Of a DNA stretch of 58,799 nt, positions 11,200-20,382 are shown piece by piece. How positions within the stretch are numbered: position 1 is the stretch's first letter; the number at the start of each line of letters is the position of its first letter. The notes beneath the pieces are model-generated. The model was not told the origin of the DNA. It saw only the letters and a program-made list of their open reading frames with translations, and made no database searches. The stretch is taken from the NCBI GenBank assembly GCA_016934435.1, contig JAFGSU010000516.1, positions 1-58,799 on the forward strand. Reading direction: 5' to 3'. The position numbers were made by a program, and so were the translations under genes. The stretch is from Candidatus Zhuqueibacterota bacterium (GTDB lineage: Bacteria > Zhuqueibacterota > Zhuqueibacteria > Residuimicrobiales > Residuimicrobiaceae).

Positions 11200-11736
11200 A
11201 TGGCGTATAAACCCTCAAAACGTCGGATGTACGAACCGGAGTATGTGGGATTGAATTTATTCCCGGTGATGAATTTATTGGTGGTACTAATTCCCCTTCT
11301 TTTGTCGACGGCAACTTTTGTAAAATTGGGTGTCATCGAACTTAATTTGCCGAAAGCGGCGAGTGGACCCTTGGCCCAACAGACCCTGGGAAAAGAATCG
11401 CAGCGCAGTCTGGACCTGACTATAACGATTACCGGCAGGGGATTCTATTTGTCCAGCTCAAGGATTATTTTACGCGATCCCGGATCAGGCGGTCCGACGA
11501 TCCCGGTTCTGTCGAATGGCGCGTATAACTACCTGGAGTTATCGACGCAATTATTCGAGTTAAAACAAAAAATCAGCAGTACTTTTTTTGATTCTAAACG
11601 AATTATTTTACAGGCCACGAGGGATATAGAATATCAGATTTTAGTCGATACCATTGATGCGGCTCGATCAATTCATATGGACGGTAAACAGTACGAATTG
11701 TTCCCTGATGTTGTAATCAGTGCCGGAATTATTTAA
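11200..11736 (+). CDS. ExbD/TolR-family protein (paralog 1)
   Basis: 178 aa. An N-terminal basic stretch is followed by a single TM (LNLFPVMNLLVVLIPLLL) and a periplasmic domain. It starts 3 nt after the ExbB-like stop. Confidence 0.8.
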   Translation: MAYKPSKRRMYEPEYVGLNLFPVMNLLVVLIPLLLSTATFVKLGVIELNLPKAASGPLAQQTLGKESQRSLDLTITITGRGFYLSSSRIILRDPGSGGPTIPVLSNGAYNYLELSTQLFELKQKISSTFFDSKRIILQATRDIEYQILVDTIDAARSIHMDGKQYELFPDVVISAGII

Positions 11737-11762
11737 TCCGCTGTTCAGCGAGGAAATTGGCA

Positions 11763-12257
11763 ATGGCATTTATTCCATCACGTCGGAAAAAACATGCAAC
11801 GGGACCGGTTCGTGTTAGTTTAAATCTGACTTCGATGATGGATATGTTTACCATCATCATCGTCTTTCTGATTAAAACATATAGCACGGAAGGACAGCTT
11901 ATTCATCCATCGAAAAACCTGACCCTGCCTTCTTCGACAGTTGAAACGGCACCGGAAGTAGCTTTGGATGTGGTGGTTTCACAGGAATGGATTATGGTGA
12001 ATGACCGTCCGGTAATCCGGGTCGCGAGCTTGAAAGAACAGCGAGATTTATTCATACCCGAGCTGAACGCAACATTACTGAAATATGCCACCGAAGCGAA
12101 GCGGATTGAAGAAAAATATGGCATCAAGTTTACCGGCAAGGTAACCATTCAGGGAGATAAGAAATTACCATTCGGTACACTCTTGAAGGTGATGGCAACC
12201 TGTGGCCGCTCGGAATATCCCAACATGCGCCTGGTAGTATATCAAAAGTCAGGATAA
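11763..12257 (+). CDS. ExbD/TolR-family protein (paralog 2)
   Basis: The sequence SLNLTSMMDMFTIIIVFLI carries the TM Asp that is typical of ExbD/TolR. The ATG at 11763 lies 7 nt after GAGGAA. The ORF track uses the TTG at 11757. Confidence 0.85.
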   Translation: MAFIPSRRKKHATGPVRVSLNLTSMMDMFTIIIVFLIKTYSTEGQLIHPSKNLTLPSSTVETAPEVALDVVVSQEWIMVNDRPVIRVASLKEQRDLFIPELNATLLKYATEAKRIEEKYGIKFTGKVTIQGDKKLPFGTLLKVMATCGRSEYPNMRLVVYQKSG

Positions 12258-12288
12258 GTATATTCCACGTGTTAGTATAGGAGATCAA

Positions 12289-13386
12289 TTGACGCAAACA
12301 GTACCGAAAAAGAAATTTTTCACCAAGCCATTTTGCAAGCCGGATCGTAGGTATACAGCAATTCTTTTTATTACATTTTTTCTTTTTATCTGTATCATCC
12401 TTATTTTTGTAAGGTCTCCTCTCCGTAAAGATGGAAATGAGTCGCCCATTCGCAGTATGCCGGAAAGTTATGCAGAACAGATCGCGGTTCGAGATCGCCA
12501 AGCCTCCAAAGATGTCGATAACGCCACCGATGCGTCGCCGAAAGCTGGAGTACAGCGTAGCCGTCCTTCCAGTCCTCAGAGATCTGATTTGGGATGGGGG
12601 GTAGCATCTGCGGCGCCGCTGGAGGCTATTTCTGCCGCCGAAGAGAGAAGCGAATCGTTTCAAAATGACCAAGTCTCTGCTTATGCGGATCACCCGGCAG
12701 AGGATGGAACGGAAACGGCTTCGGAACAGGGCGTCTGGGCGGTGGTTGAAAATATAGGGACGCCTTCTTCACGAGATGAACTCTCGGATATTATCGGCCA
12801 GGAGGCCATAGCGGAACAGGAGTATCAAAGAATTTTTCAAAATTTGCATCAATTGAGTGAGTCTGAACCTTTCTCCGGTGGAGGGAGTTCATCCGAGCAT
12901 TCATCCGATGAAGCGCATCAGGTGGCGGCGCGAGGGCAGCGTACAACCGCAGGCGGTGGCATCGATGGGTTGATCAATGGTTTGGACCCCGGTTTGAATA
13001 TAAACATGCAAAAGACAGAGGCTATTGCCGCTCCTGAGCTGGTGTCATTGTCGGATGATGGTACAGAATTGACAGGTAAAAATAATATCAATGCGAGAGA
13101 TGTAGATAGAGTCCGTGCTATTGTCCACGCCCATAGCACATCGATACAGTATTGTTACGAACGAGAGCGTCAAGGCCAGCCCCATTTGAAAGGAAAAGTG
13201 GTGATACGATTCACTATACTGCCGTCAGGCAAAGTAACGGATGCCCGGCTGCTTTCATCGAGTTTGAATAATGAAACGGTGGAACGGTGCATACTTTCGC
13301 GTATCAGCCGATGGGATGATTTTGGCGCTGTGGACGACCAGTTGGGAAACACTACGTTTCGTCAGACTTATTCGTTTGGATATTAG
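12289..13386 (+). CDS. TonB-like energy transducer with an AgmX/PglI-type C-terminal domain
   Basis: The TTG start lies 6 nt after TAGGAGA. The protein has an N-terminal TM and a long acidic/Ser-rich linker. The C-terminus is ...IQYCYERERQGQPHLKGKVVIRFTILPSGKVTDARLLSSSLNNETVERCILSRISRWDDF, matching the CYe..L...P.l.GkV.v.f.I pattern of AgmX/PglI tails. Confidence 0.75.
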   Translation: MTQTVPKKKFFTKPFCKPDRRYTAILFITFFLFICIILIFVRSPLRKDGNESPIRSMPESYAEQIAVRDRQASKDVDNATDASPKAGVQRSRPSSPQRSDLGWGVASAAPLEAISAAEERSESFQNDQVSAYADHPAEDGTETASEQGVWAVVENIGTPSSRDELSDIIGQEAIAEQEYQRIFQNLHQLSESEPFSGGGSSSEHSSDEAHQVAARGQRTTAGGGIDGLINGLDPGLNINMQKTEAIAAPELVSLSDDGTELTGKNNINARDVDRVRAIVHAHSTSIQYCYERERQGQPHLKGKVVIRFTILPSGKVTDARLLSSSLNNETVERCILSRISRWDDFGAVDDQLGNTTFRQTYSFGY

Positions 13387-13506
13387 GACGGTAATTTTTC
13401 ACCTGACGATTCCGGCGCAGGACAAAAAAATAATCAACCTGTTTCATGCAAGGTATCGGGGCGGGGGCAGGATGGCTTGTTATCCATATTGACAAGAGCG
13501 GAACAA

Positions 13507-15282
13507 ATGAATTGGAAAAGGACACATACGTGCGGTGATCTTTCTCTGCAGCAGAAAGGACAGAAGGTAATATTAAACGGATGGATTGATCGCAGGCGCG
13601 ATCACGGTTCGCTCATTTTTCTTGACTTGCGCGACCGGTATGGGCTTACCCAGGTCCGGGTCGATCCCAAATCGAGCTGCTATGAAGAAGCCAAGAAACT
13701 TCGCGGTGAATATGTAATCGCTGTTGCGGGTATGGTTGAACAGCGGCCGGAGGGCATGATCAATAATAAGATCAAAACCGGCGAGATAGAGGTGAACGCG
13801 AGCGCTATCAAGGTGTTCAATGCAGCCCAGACCACACCGTTTATTATATCCGGCGAGAGAAACGTTACCGAAGATTTACGTTTAAAATACCGCTATTTAG
13901 ACCTTCGTCGTCCGGAAATGCAGCGTAATCTTTTCATAAGGAATCAGACCTATCAAATTGTTCGTAACTATTTTTATGAAAAACAATTTGTTGAAATCGA
14001 GACGCCCTTTTTGATGAAGAGCACACCGGAAGGAGCTCGGGATTACCTGGTGCCAAGTCGGATATGGCGAGGGCGATTTTATGCGCTGCCGCAATCTCCG
14101 CAACAATACAAACAATTACTCATGATCGCCGGTTTCGATCGCTATTTCCAGATTGTACGTTGTTTTCGAGATGAGGATTTGCGCGCCGATCGGCAACCGG
14201 AGTTCACTCAAATCGATGTAGAAATGTCGTTCGTGGATGAAGAAGATATATTTCCAATCATGGAAGGATTGATGGCTGCCATATATCGCGAGGTTAAGGG
14301 TATTTCAATAACGCTTCCGATACCGCGCCTGCCATATGAAGCGGCCATGTCCAGATATGGCTCCGATAAGCCGGATTTGCGTTTTGGCATGGAAATAGAA
14401 AATATAACCCAATTTGCTGCCGGTTCCGAGTTTAAAATCTTCAGGGAAGTGGCACAATCTGACGGCCTGGTAGGGGCGCTTTGCCTACCCCACTGTGCCT
14501 CTTATTCCAGAAAGCAAATTGATGATCTAACCGACTATGTGAAGGTAAGGGGCGCTGCCGGTTTGGTCGCGATCAAAGTAAAGGAGAACGATTGGGATAG
14601 CTCGTTGAACAAATTTTTCTCATCCGCACTGCGCCAGAAAATATTGGCAGTGATGGGTGCGCGATCAGAAGACCTTTTACTTATCGTCGCAGACAAACGC
14701 GACATTGCGCTCGCCGTGCTCGGTGATCTTCGTTGTCACATAGCGCAAAAGGAGTCGCTCATTCCGGAGGATAAATTGGCTTTAGCTTGGATTGTTGATT
14801 TTCCACTCTTCGAATACAGCGCGGAGGAAGGTCGTTATGTCGCCCGACATCATCCCTTCACGGCACCCAAGCCGGGTCAGGAAGCATTATTGCTTAAAAG
14901 TCCCGGAGAAGTGCAGGCTCGTGCCTATGACCTGATTTTAAATGGCATGGAAGTAGCGGGGGGTAGTATCCGTATTCATGAAGCCGCTTTACAGGAAAAG
15001 ATGTTTCAAGCACTGGGAATAACCCGGGAAGAGGCAACGGAGAAATTTGGTTTTCTTCTCAATGCGCTCTCATACGGTGCTCCGCCGCATGGCGGCATCG
15101 CCTTTGGATTTGATCGCCTGATTATGATCCTGGCGGGTTGTGATTCGATACGCGAAGTGATTGCCTTTCCCAAAACAGCAAGCGCCATGTCCCTGATGGA
15201 TGAGAGTCCTTCATTGGTATCCCCGGAACAATTAAAGGAATTGGGTTTGCGCTTGCAGGATCAGACACAGCAGGAAGGATAA
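13507..15282 (+). CDS. aspS: Aspartate--tRNA ligase
   Basis: Class II motifs are present: FRDEDLRADRQPEFTQID, GGSIRIH and GIAFGFDRL. There is an N-terminal OB anticodon-binding domain. I preferred the ATG at 13507 (MNWKRTHTCG) over the track's TTG at 13477. Confidence 0.95.
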   Translation: MNWKRTHTCGDLSLQQKGQKVILNGWIDRRRDHGSLIFLDLRDRYGLTQVRVDPKSSCYEEAKKLRGEYVIAVAGMVEQRPEGMINNKIKTGEIEVNASAIKVFNAAQTTPFIISGERNVTEDLRLKYRYLDLRRPEMQRNLFIRNQTYQIVRNYFYEKQFVEIETPFLMKSTPEGARDYLVPSRIWRGRFYALPQSPQQYKQLLMIAGFDRYFQIVRCFRDEDLRADRQPEFTQIDVEMSFVDEEDIFPIMEGLMAAIYREVKGISITLPIPRLPYEAAMSRYGSDKPDLRFGMEIENITQFAAGSEFKIFREVAQSDGLVGALCLPHCASYSRKQIDDLTDYVKVRGAAGLVAIKVKENDWDSSLNKFFSSALRQKILAVMGARSEDLLLIVADKRDIALAVLGDLRCHIAQKESLIPEDKLALAWIVDFPLFEYSAEEGRYVARHHPFTAPKPGQEALLLKSPGEVQARAYDLILNGMEVAGGSIRIHEAALQEKMFQALGITREEATEKFGFLLNALSYGAPPHGGIAFGFDRLIMILAGCDSIREVIAFPKTASAMSLMDESPSLVSPEQLKELGLRLQDQTQQEG

Positions 15283-15391
15283 AAGCCGCCAGTCTATTCA
15301 GGTGCCGGACCTTTACCGGCATGCTAAAAATTAATAGGTTGGGGATGATGTAAGAGATGTGCCTGTTATCTGAATGTATCGCTCAATCGGA

Positions 15392-15442
15392 CAACACCGA
15401 TTCGCCGCCCACAGGTTACAACGTTTACCTTATGGGTGGCAC
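15392..15442 (-). repeat. Diverged 3'-half copy (E) of the intergenic element, inverted orientation, containing a hairpin
   Basis: The reverse complement reads GTGCCACCCATAAGG...CCTGTGGGCGG-CGAATCGGTG. It has the same 38-nt spacing between the GYGCCACCCA block and CGAATCGGT as copy A. GCCGCCCACAGG (15404-15415) pairs with CCTTATGGGTGGC (15428-15440). Confidence 0.55.
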
Positions 15443-15526
15443 ATTATCCGTTCAGTTCAGGTTGAGGCAAAATTTAGGGACAAATTAACCAAGCTTTAAA
15501 ATGTTAAAAAATATTAATCTTTCCAC

Positions 15527-15555
15527 TTGACAATTAGTCATTTTTTTATTAAAAT
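15527..15555 (+). promoter_or_regulatory. Near-consensus sigma70-type promoter (TTGACA-17-TAAAAT)
   Basis: TTGACA at 15527-15532, a 17-nt spacer, then TAAAAT at 15550-15555. It lies about 130 nt upstream of the lipoprotein gene start. Confidence 0.6.
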
Positions 15556-15685
15556 GATCTTAGTATGGAGTAGTAAATAACTACAAAAATGCTAAAGCAT
15601 GTGCAATAATAAGTTTTTTAATAATTTATAAAGGCACTGTTTGAAACTCAGTAAACGCATTCGTGCGAAAGGAGGTGTAGAGTTG

Positions 15686-15952
15686 ATGAAGAGATCGATT
15701 TTTCTAGTATTTGCCGTCTGTTTGCTACTTTTGGCCTTTATGATTGTTGGTTGCAGTCGCCATCCCAATGAACAGGAACTGAAGGCATTAGAGGAACAGA
15801 AGCAAGCCGCTGTAGCAGCGGAAACGAAAGCTACAGATTGTGGAAACGAGAAAGCTGCCCTGGAAAACCAATTAGCGGAAACGACCAGGAAGGCGGAAGA
15901 AATGAAGCAGGAAAAGGTGGCCGTTGAAAAACGCCTTGCTGAGTGGGAGTAA
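15686..15952 (+). CDS. Coiled-coil lipoprotein
   Basis: The ATG at 15686 follows AAAGGAGGTG by 8 nt. The signal peptide plus lipobox is MKRSIFLVFAVCLLLLAFMIVGC. The mature part is Glu/Lys/Ala-rich and heptad-like. Confidence 0.75.
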   Translation: MKRSIFLVFAVCLLLLAFMIVGCSRHPNEQELKALEEQKQAAVAAETKATDCGNEKAALENQLAETTRKAEEMKQEKVAVEKRLAEWE

Positions 15953-15998
15953 TACAAACATGATGATAAATCAACTAAAAAATTGTGGAGGGAAGCTA

Positions 15999-16850
15999 AT
16001 GAGATTTTCGAGTCGTTTTGCACTCTCTTTAGCGATTGCGCTTTCCTTCTTGCTGCTCTTTGGCATTCAAGCGACTTTTGCGGCTGACGAAATGAGCATG
16101 GATGAATATCGTGCTCAGCTGAAGCAATATCAAGACCAAGAAGCTGCTGCCAATCAAGCTGCAGAAGAATGTGCAGCCGCTTTAACGAGCCTTAAAGCAC
16201 AGATCGAAGAGGCGCAAGCCGAAGTAGATAAAACCTGGGATGAAATCCTGCAGGTGATCGGCACGGACCAAGCCGGTGTCGATGCCTATGGCGATAAGGT
16301 TAAGGCTTTGGAGGCCCAGGTGGATGGGCTTTTGGCGTTGACTCCTGAAGAGCTGTTTAAAAAACGGGATGAGCTAAAAGCTGCCGAAGAACAATTGGCT
16401 GAATTGAAGAAGGATCGCATTTCTGTTCTCACCGAAATGCAGAATTCTCTCGCGGCTATTGAGGGTAAAATTGCCCGGTTGAAAAACAAAATGCCGAAAG
16501 CCATGTATGATCAGTATACCGTTGTGGTGGGTGATTACTTGTGGAAGATTTCCGGTAAACAGGACATCTATAATAACCCCATGCACTGGATGCGGATCTA
16601 TTCATACAACAAAGATCAAATTAAAAATCCAGACCTGATTTATCCGGAGCAGATTTTTAAGATTCAACGCGAATGTGGCCCGGACGAATATCTGGTGGCA
16701 AAAGGCGATTTTCTGAAAAAGATCGCAGCCAATCCCGATGTGCTGGGAGATCCAGCCGCTTGGACCAAGATTTACGAGAAAAATAAAGACATCATTGGCG
16801 ATGATCCACATCGGATTTTCCCATATACGGTTCTCGTAATACCGAGGTAG
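15999..16850 (+). CDS. Secreted coiled-coil protein with two C-terminal LysM domains
   Basis: The ATG at 15999 follows GGAGGGA. The signal peptide is MRFSSRFALSLAIALSFLLLFGIQATFA. The two LysM-like units are YTVVVGDYLWKISG...IYPEQIFKI and YLVAKGDFLKKIA...IFPYTVLVIP. Confidence 0.85.
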   Translation: MRFSSRFALSLAIALSFLLLFGIQATFAADEMSMDEYRAQLKQYQDQEAAANQAAEECAAALTSLKAQIEEAQAEVDKTWDEILQVIGTDQAGVDAYGDKVKALEAQVDGLLALTPEELFKKRDELKAAEEQLAELKKDRISVLTEMQNSLAAIEGKIARLKNKMPKAMYDQYTVVVGDYLWKISGKQDIYNNPMHWMRIYSYNKDQIKNPDLIYPEQIFKIQRECGPDEYLVAKGDFLKKIAANPDVLGDPAAWTKIYEKNKDIIGDDPHRIFPYTVLVIPR

Positions 16851-16996
16851 AAAGCGCAACATAAAATATAAACGTTCATGCGTATCGATCGGGCGTGCTT
16901 TTAATTGGTTTAGTTTTTTTGACGACAGCTTGTACATGGATGACGAGCAGTGGCCAATGTATGCCCAGCGATGCCATGGGGACGTTTGGATTCATA

Positions 16997-17047
16997 AACT
17001 CTCGATCTCAATGTACCCAGTTGTGGATCGAGAGTTTTTATTTTTTT
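16997..17047 (+). terminator. Rho-independent terminator
   Basis: A 12-bp stem pairs AAACTCTCGATC (16997-17008) with GATCGAGAGTTT (17027-17038). It is followed by TTTTTATTTTTTT. The loop is large, about 18 nt. Confidence 0.6.
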
Positions 17048-17057
17048 AGAGGTCTAT

Positions 17058-18020
17058 TTGGCGAACAACGAAATTGAAAAGCATATCCTGCTCAAGGGGA
17101 TTGATCCTCTACTTTTTTTCGGTGCTCAGGATGCCCATATTAAAATTCTGGAAATGGAACTGCAGACCAAAATCATTGCACGGGGCAATGAAATGATACT
17201 GCGTGGCGAACGAGAAAAAGTACAGGATGCAGAAAAGGTCATTAATGAATTGATCTATTTGATCAATCGCGATGGTCAGATTTTGCCGCAGGATTTCGAA
17301 CGCGTGGCAAAAATGCAAAATGTTGCAAGCGATGTAACCAGTCAAGCCCCCGACGTTGAATCGGTTGTCCTGTATACCAGATCCGGTTTTATCAAACCTC
17401 GGACCAAGGGGCAGGAAGACTATGTAAGGTGCGCGAAAGAGAATGATATCGTCTTTTCGATCGGTCCGGCAGGGACGGGAAAAACATTTCTCGCCGTAGC
17501 GATCGCCGTCGCCGGTTTGAGAGATAAAATTGTCGATCGCATTATTCTCTGCCGACCTGCAGTGGAGGCAGGTGAAAGCCTGGGATTTTTGCCCGGCGAT
17601 TTTCGTGAAAAGGTGGACCCTTATCTCAGACCTTTGTACGATGCCTTGTATGATATGATTCCAAGCGACAAGCTCAAACGGCTGATCGAAACACGAACAG
17701 TAGAAATTGTCCCCTTGGCTTACATGCGCGGCCGCACCTTGAATAATTCGTATGTTATTCTTGACGAAGCCCAAAACACAACTTCGGCACAAATGAAAAT
17801 GTTTTTGACCCGTCTGGGCGTGAACTCGAAAGCCATTGTGACTGGCGATATCACACAAATTGATCTTCCGGAAAAAACAATTTCCGGGCTAGTACAAATT
17901 CAAAATATACTTAAAAATATTGATGGAATTGGATATATATACCTTACTGAAAAGGATGTAGTGCGACATCAACTTGTGCGTAAAATTATCAAAGCTTATG
18001 AAAAGTTGAATCATAATTGA
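17058..18020 (+). CDS. PhoH-like ATPase (YbeZ family)
   Basis: 320 aa. Walker A is GPAGTGKT, and other blocks are ILDEAQNT and VTGDITQIDLP. The TTG start follows AGAGG. Confidence 0.92.
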   Translation: MANNEIEKHILLKGIDPLLFFGAQDAHIKILEMELQTKIIARGNEMILRGEREKVQDAEKVINELIYLINRDGQILPQDFERVAKMQNVASDVTSQAPDVESVVLYTRSGFIKPRTKGQEDYVRCAKENDIVFSIGPAGTGKTFLAVAIAVAGLRDKIVDRIILCRPAVEAGESLGFLPGDFREKVDPYLRPLYDALYDMIPSDKLKRLIETRTVEIVPLAYMRGRTLNNSYVILDEAQNTTSAQMKMFLTRLGVNSKAIVTGDITQIDLPEKTISGLVQIQNILKNIDGIGYIYLTEKDVVRHQLVRKIIKAYEKLNHN

Positions 18021-18048
18021 TATCAACCCTCTGTTTTTTTAATTTGGA

Positions 18049-20376
18049 ATGATAATGAAACATAAAGTAAATATCTTACATAACCGTTTTAATAAATCGA
18101 ACAACACAGGGAGTCGAGATCGAAAAGGGGATGGAAATCGGCATACGCTGGGTGAGCTCCTGAAACAGTACAAGTATCAAATACTTGGCTTGATATTGCT
18201 CTCGATTGTGACGGCCTGGATGTTTCCGCGAGAAAAAACATTTCAATTCGCTGATTTGAAGGAAGGCCGGGTATATATTGGTCCCGAGATTATCGCAACG
18301 TTTACATTTGCCGTAAATAAAAGCCCGGAAGAATATGCAGCAGATGTTAAAAAAGCGCAGCAAAGCATCGCCCCTATTTTTCGACGAGATGATAGTGTAA
18401 CCGTGGAACAACAGCAACAGCTGCGCGATTTTTTAGAACAATTCACTCAGGCATTACGTGAAACCGATAACGAATTTGCAAAAGTGAAAAGCCTTTTTCA
18501 GGACAATGGTATCATCGTTACGGACGAAGACGTAGAGTTATTAATTCGACCGGACGAGGCTACCGATGACCGCAGTAGCGGCAGTAGACCCAGCCGCTTC
18601 ATGGGCACAACTGTCATGCAAAGGGTGCGGCCCATCACTTCCACCGTTCTTGCTATTATGAGCGAAATATATACAGCTGGCGTTCTTGATATAGAAAAAG
18701 AACAACTGACGCCGACTCCCGCAAAACTTTCAATCCGGCACGCAGAACGAGAAATGCTGGAGAACGCTGACTTTTGTTATGGCATGAAAGAAGCACAAAA
18801 TTATATTCTGGATCAACTGCGCAACGAAGTAAACTTTACTGAGCCAAGAGTAAAAATTGCCTATCAAATTGCCACTCGTTTTTTGCAACCCAACCTGTTT
18901 TATAACGAGGCAGAAACGCGGGCGCGTATCGAGGAAGCGGTCGCCCTTGTACCACTCGCCAAGGATCAGGTGCTTGCCGGGGAACGCATCATTGAAGGCC
19001 ATGAGCGTATCACTAAAGAGCATATTGATAAATTGAACTCTTATGCCATAGCTAAAGCCGAAAGAAGAAGAGAAGAAGGCGTAGTATCCCGTGTTATGCT
19101 GGGATCCGGCAAATTGGCCACCACTATTCTCATATTTTCGATTTTCATCGCTTTCATCTGGCTGGCCAGAAGGCATATCATCGACACCTCCCGTCATCTG
19201 TTGCTCATCGGTATCGTTGCTCTGTTGATGGTTGCCCTCACGTTCCTCATTAATCAGCTGAATTTATCGCCCTATCTTATTCCTGTGACCACCGGCGCCA
19301 TGATTGTGACCATATTTTTTGATGCCTATACTGGGATTTTATATATCCTCTCTATCAGCCTGTTATTGGGCACCATGCGAGGTAACGAATATGGTATAAC
19401 ATTTGTGACGCTGTTTGTCAGTTCTTTCGCCATCCTCTCCGTAACACGGGTGAGGAAGCGCAATTGGGTTCTGCGCAGCATTGCCGTTATTATGGTGGCT
19501 TATGCTGCAGCCATAACCGTCCTGGATTTGCTCAATTATATTTCATTAAAAGATTTAATGTCCAACCTCGGATTTGGATTGATTAACGGATTTTTATCAC
19601 CCATTTTTGCTTACGCCTTGATCGTAATATTTGAAAATGTTTTCGATATGACAACCGATATGACCCTGCTCGAGCTCTCGGATTTAAACCATCCATTATT
19701 GCGTCAATTGGCAATGGAAGCGCCCGGTACCTATCATCACAGCATCACGGTGGGTTATCTGGCAGAAGCCGCTGCTGAAGCAATAGGGGGTAACAGCCTT
19801 CTGGCGCGAGTCGGTGCCTATTATCATGATATCGGCAAGATTGAAAAACCGGAATATTTTGTTGAAAATCAAGGGCGCGGTCGTAATCCTCAGGAAAAAT
19901 TGACGCCCACTATGAGTTCATTGGTACTTTTAAATCACGTTCGCCGGGGAGCGGAAATGGCCAGGCAATATGGCTTGCCGGCCGTGGTCGAGGCATTTAT
20001 TTACGAGCATCATGGCACCGGTTTAATGAATTATTTCTATCAGAAAGCTGTAGAACAAAGCGAGGGAGAACCCGTTTCACAGAATGCTTTCCGATATCCG
20101 GGACCCCGACCACGCACGCGAGAAACCGCCATCGTTATGCTGGCTGACTCTGTCGAAGCCGCCACCCGCAGCTTACGGGACCCTTCTCCCAGTCGCATCA
20201 AAACCGTCGTGGAACAGATTATCGACGAGCGTTTTAAAAGCGGAGAATTGGACGATACGCCTCTCACGTTGCACGATTTATCTCGCATTTCTGAAGCCTT
20301 TCAAAAAATTATATATGGAACGTTTCATCGGCGCATCGAATATCCAAAGAGCGTTGCAAAAAATAAGGATGTGTAA
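18049..20376 (+). CDS. 7TM receptor with intracellular HD hydrolase domain (HDIG; PgpH/YqfF-like, possible cyclic-di-AMP phosphodiesterase)
   Basis: 775 aa. An extracytoplasmic N-domain is followed by about 7 TM segments, then HHSITVGYLAE...GAYYHDIGK...EHHG, which is the HD/HDIG signature. Confidence 0.85.
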   Translation: MIMKHKVNILHNRFNKSNNTGSRDRKGDGNRHTLGELLKQYKYQILGLILLSIVTAWMFPREKTFQFADLKEGRVYIGPEIIATFTFAVNKSPEEYAADVKKAQQSIAPIFRRDDSVTVEQQQQLRDFLEQFTQALRETDNEFAKVKSLFQDNGIIVTDEDVELLIRPDEATDDRSSGSRPSRFMGTTVMQRVRPITSTVLAIMSEIYTAGVLDIEKEQLTPTPAKLSIRHAEREMLENADFCYGMKEAQNYILDQLRNEVNFTEPRVKIAYQIATRFLQPNLFYNEAETRARIEEAVALVPLAKDQVLAGERIIEGHERITKEHIDKLNSYAIAKAERRREEGVVSRVMLGSGKLATTILIFSIFIAFIWLARRHIIDTSRHLLLIGIVALLMVALTFLINQLNLSPYLIPVTTGAMIVTIFFDAYTGILYILSISLLLGTMRGNEYGITFVTLFVSSFAILSVTRVRKRNWVLRSIAVIMVAYAAAITVLDLLNYISLKDLMSNLGFGLINGFLSPIFAYALIVIFENVFDMTTDMTLLELSDLNHPLLRQLAMEAPGTYHHSITVGYLAEAAAEAIGGNSLLARVGAYYHDIGKIEKPEYFVENQGRGRNPQEKLTPTMSSLVLLNHVRRGAEMARQYGLPAVVEAFIYEHHGTGLMNYFYQKAVEQSEGEPVSQNAFRYPGPRPRTRETAIVMLADSVEAATRSLRDPSPSRIKTVVEQIIDERFKSGELDDTPLTLHDLSRISEAFQKIIYGTFHRRIEYPKSVAKNKDV

Positions 20377-20382
20377 TAAACC

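Noticed and set aside
16895-17077. A 60-aa ORF in the LysM-phoH spacer.
   Set aside because: It runs straight through the predicted rho-independent terminator (16997-17047). It has no ribosome-binding site and its composition is implausible.
17109-17858. Long antisense ORFs inside well-supported genes: the 249-aa ORF opposite phoH-like at 17109-17858, plus 2405-2812, 12130-12693, 55620-56366 and 51580-52068.
   Set aside because: The opposite-strand proteins carry clear family motifs (PhoH Walker A, GEVED repeats, GlgC and others). The antisense translations are low-complexity, Arg/Ser/Cys-rich, and lack motifs or ribosome-binding sites. These are typical shadow ORFs.
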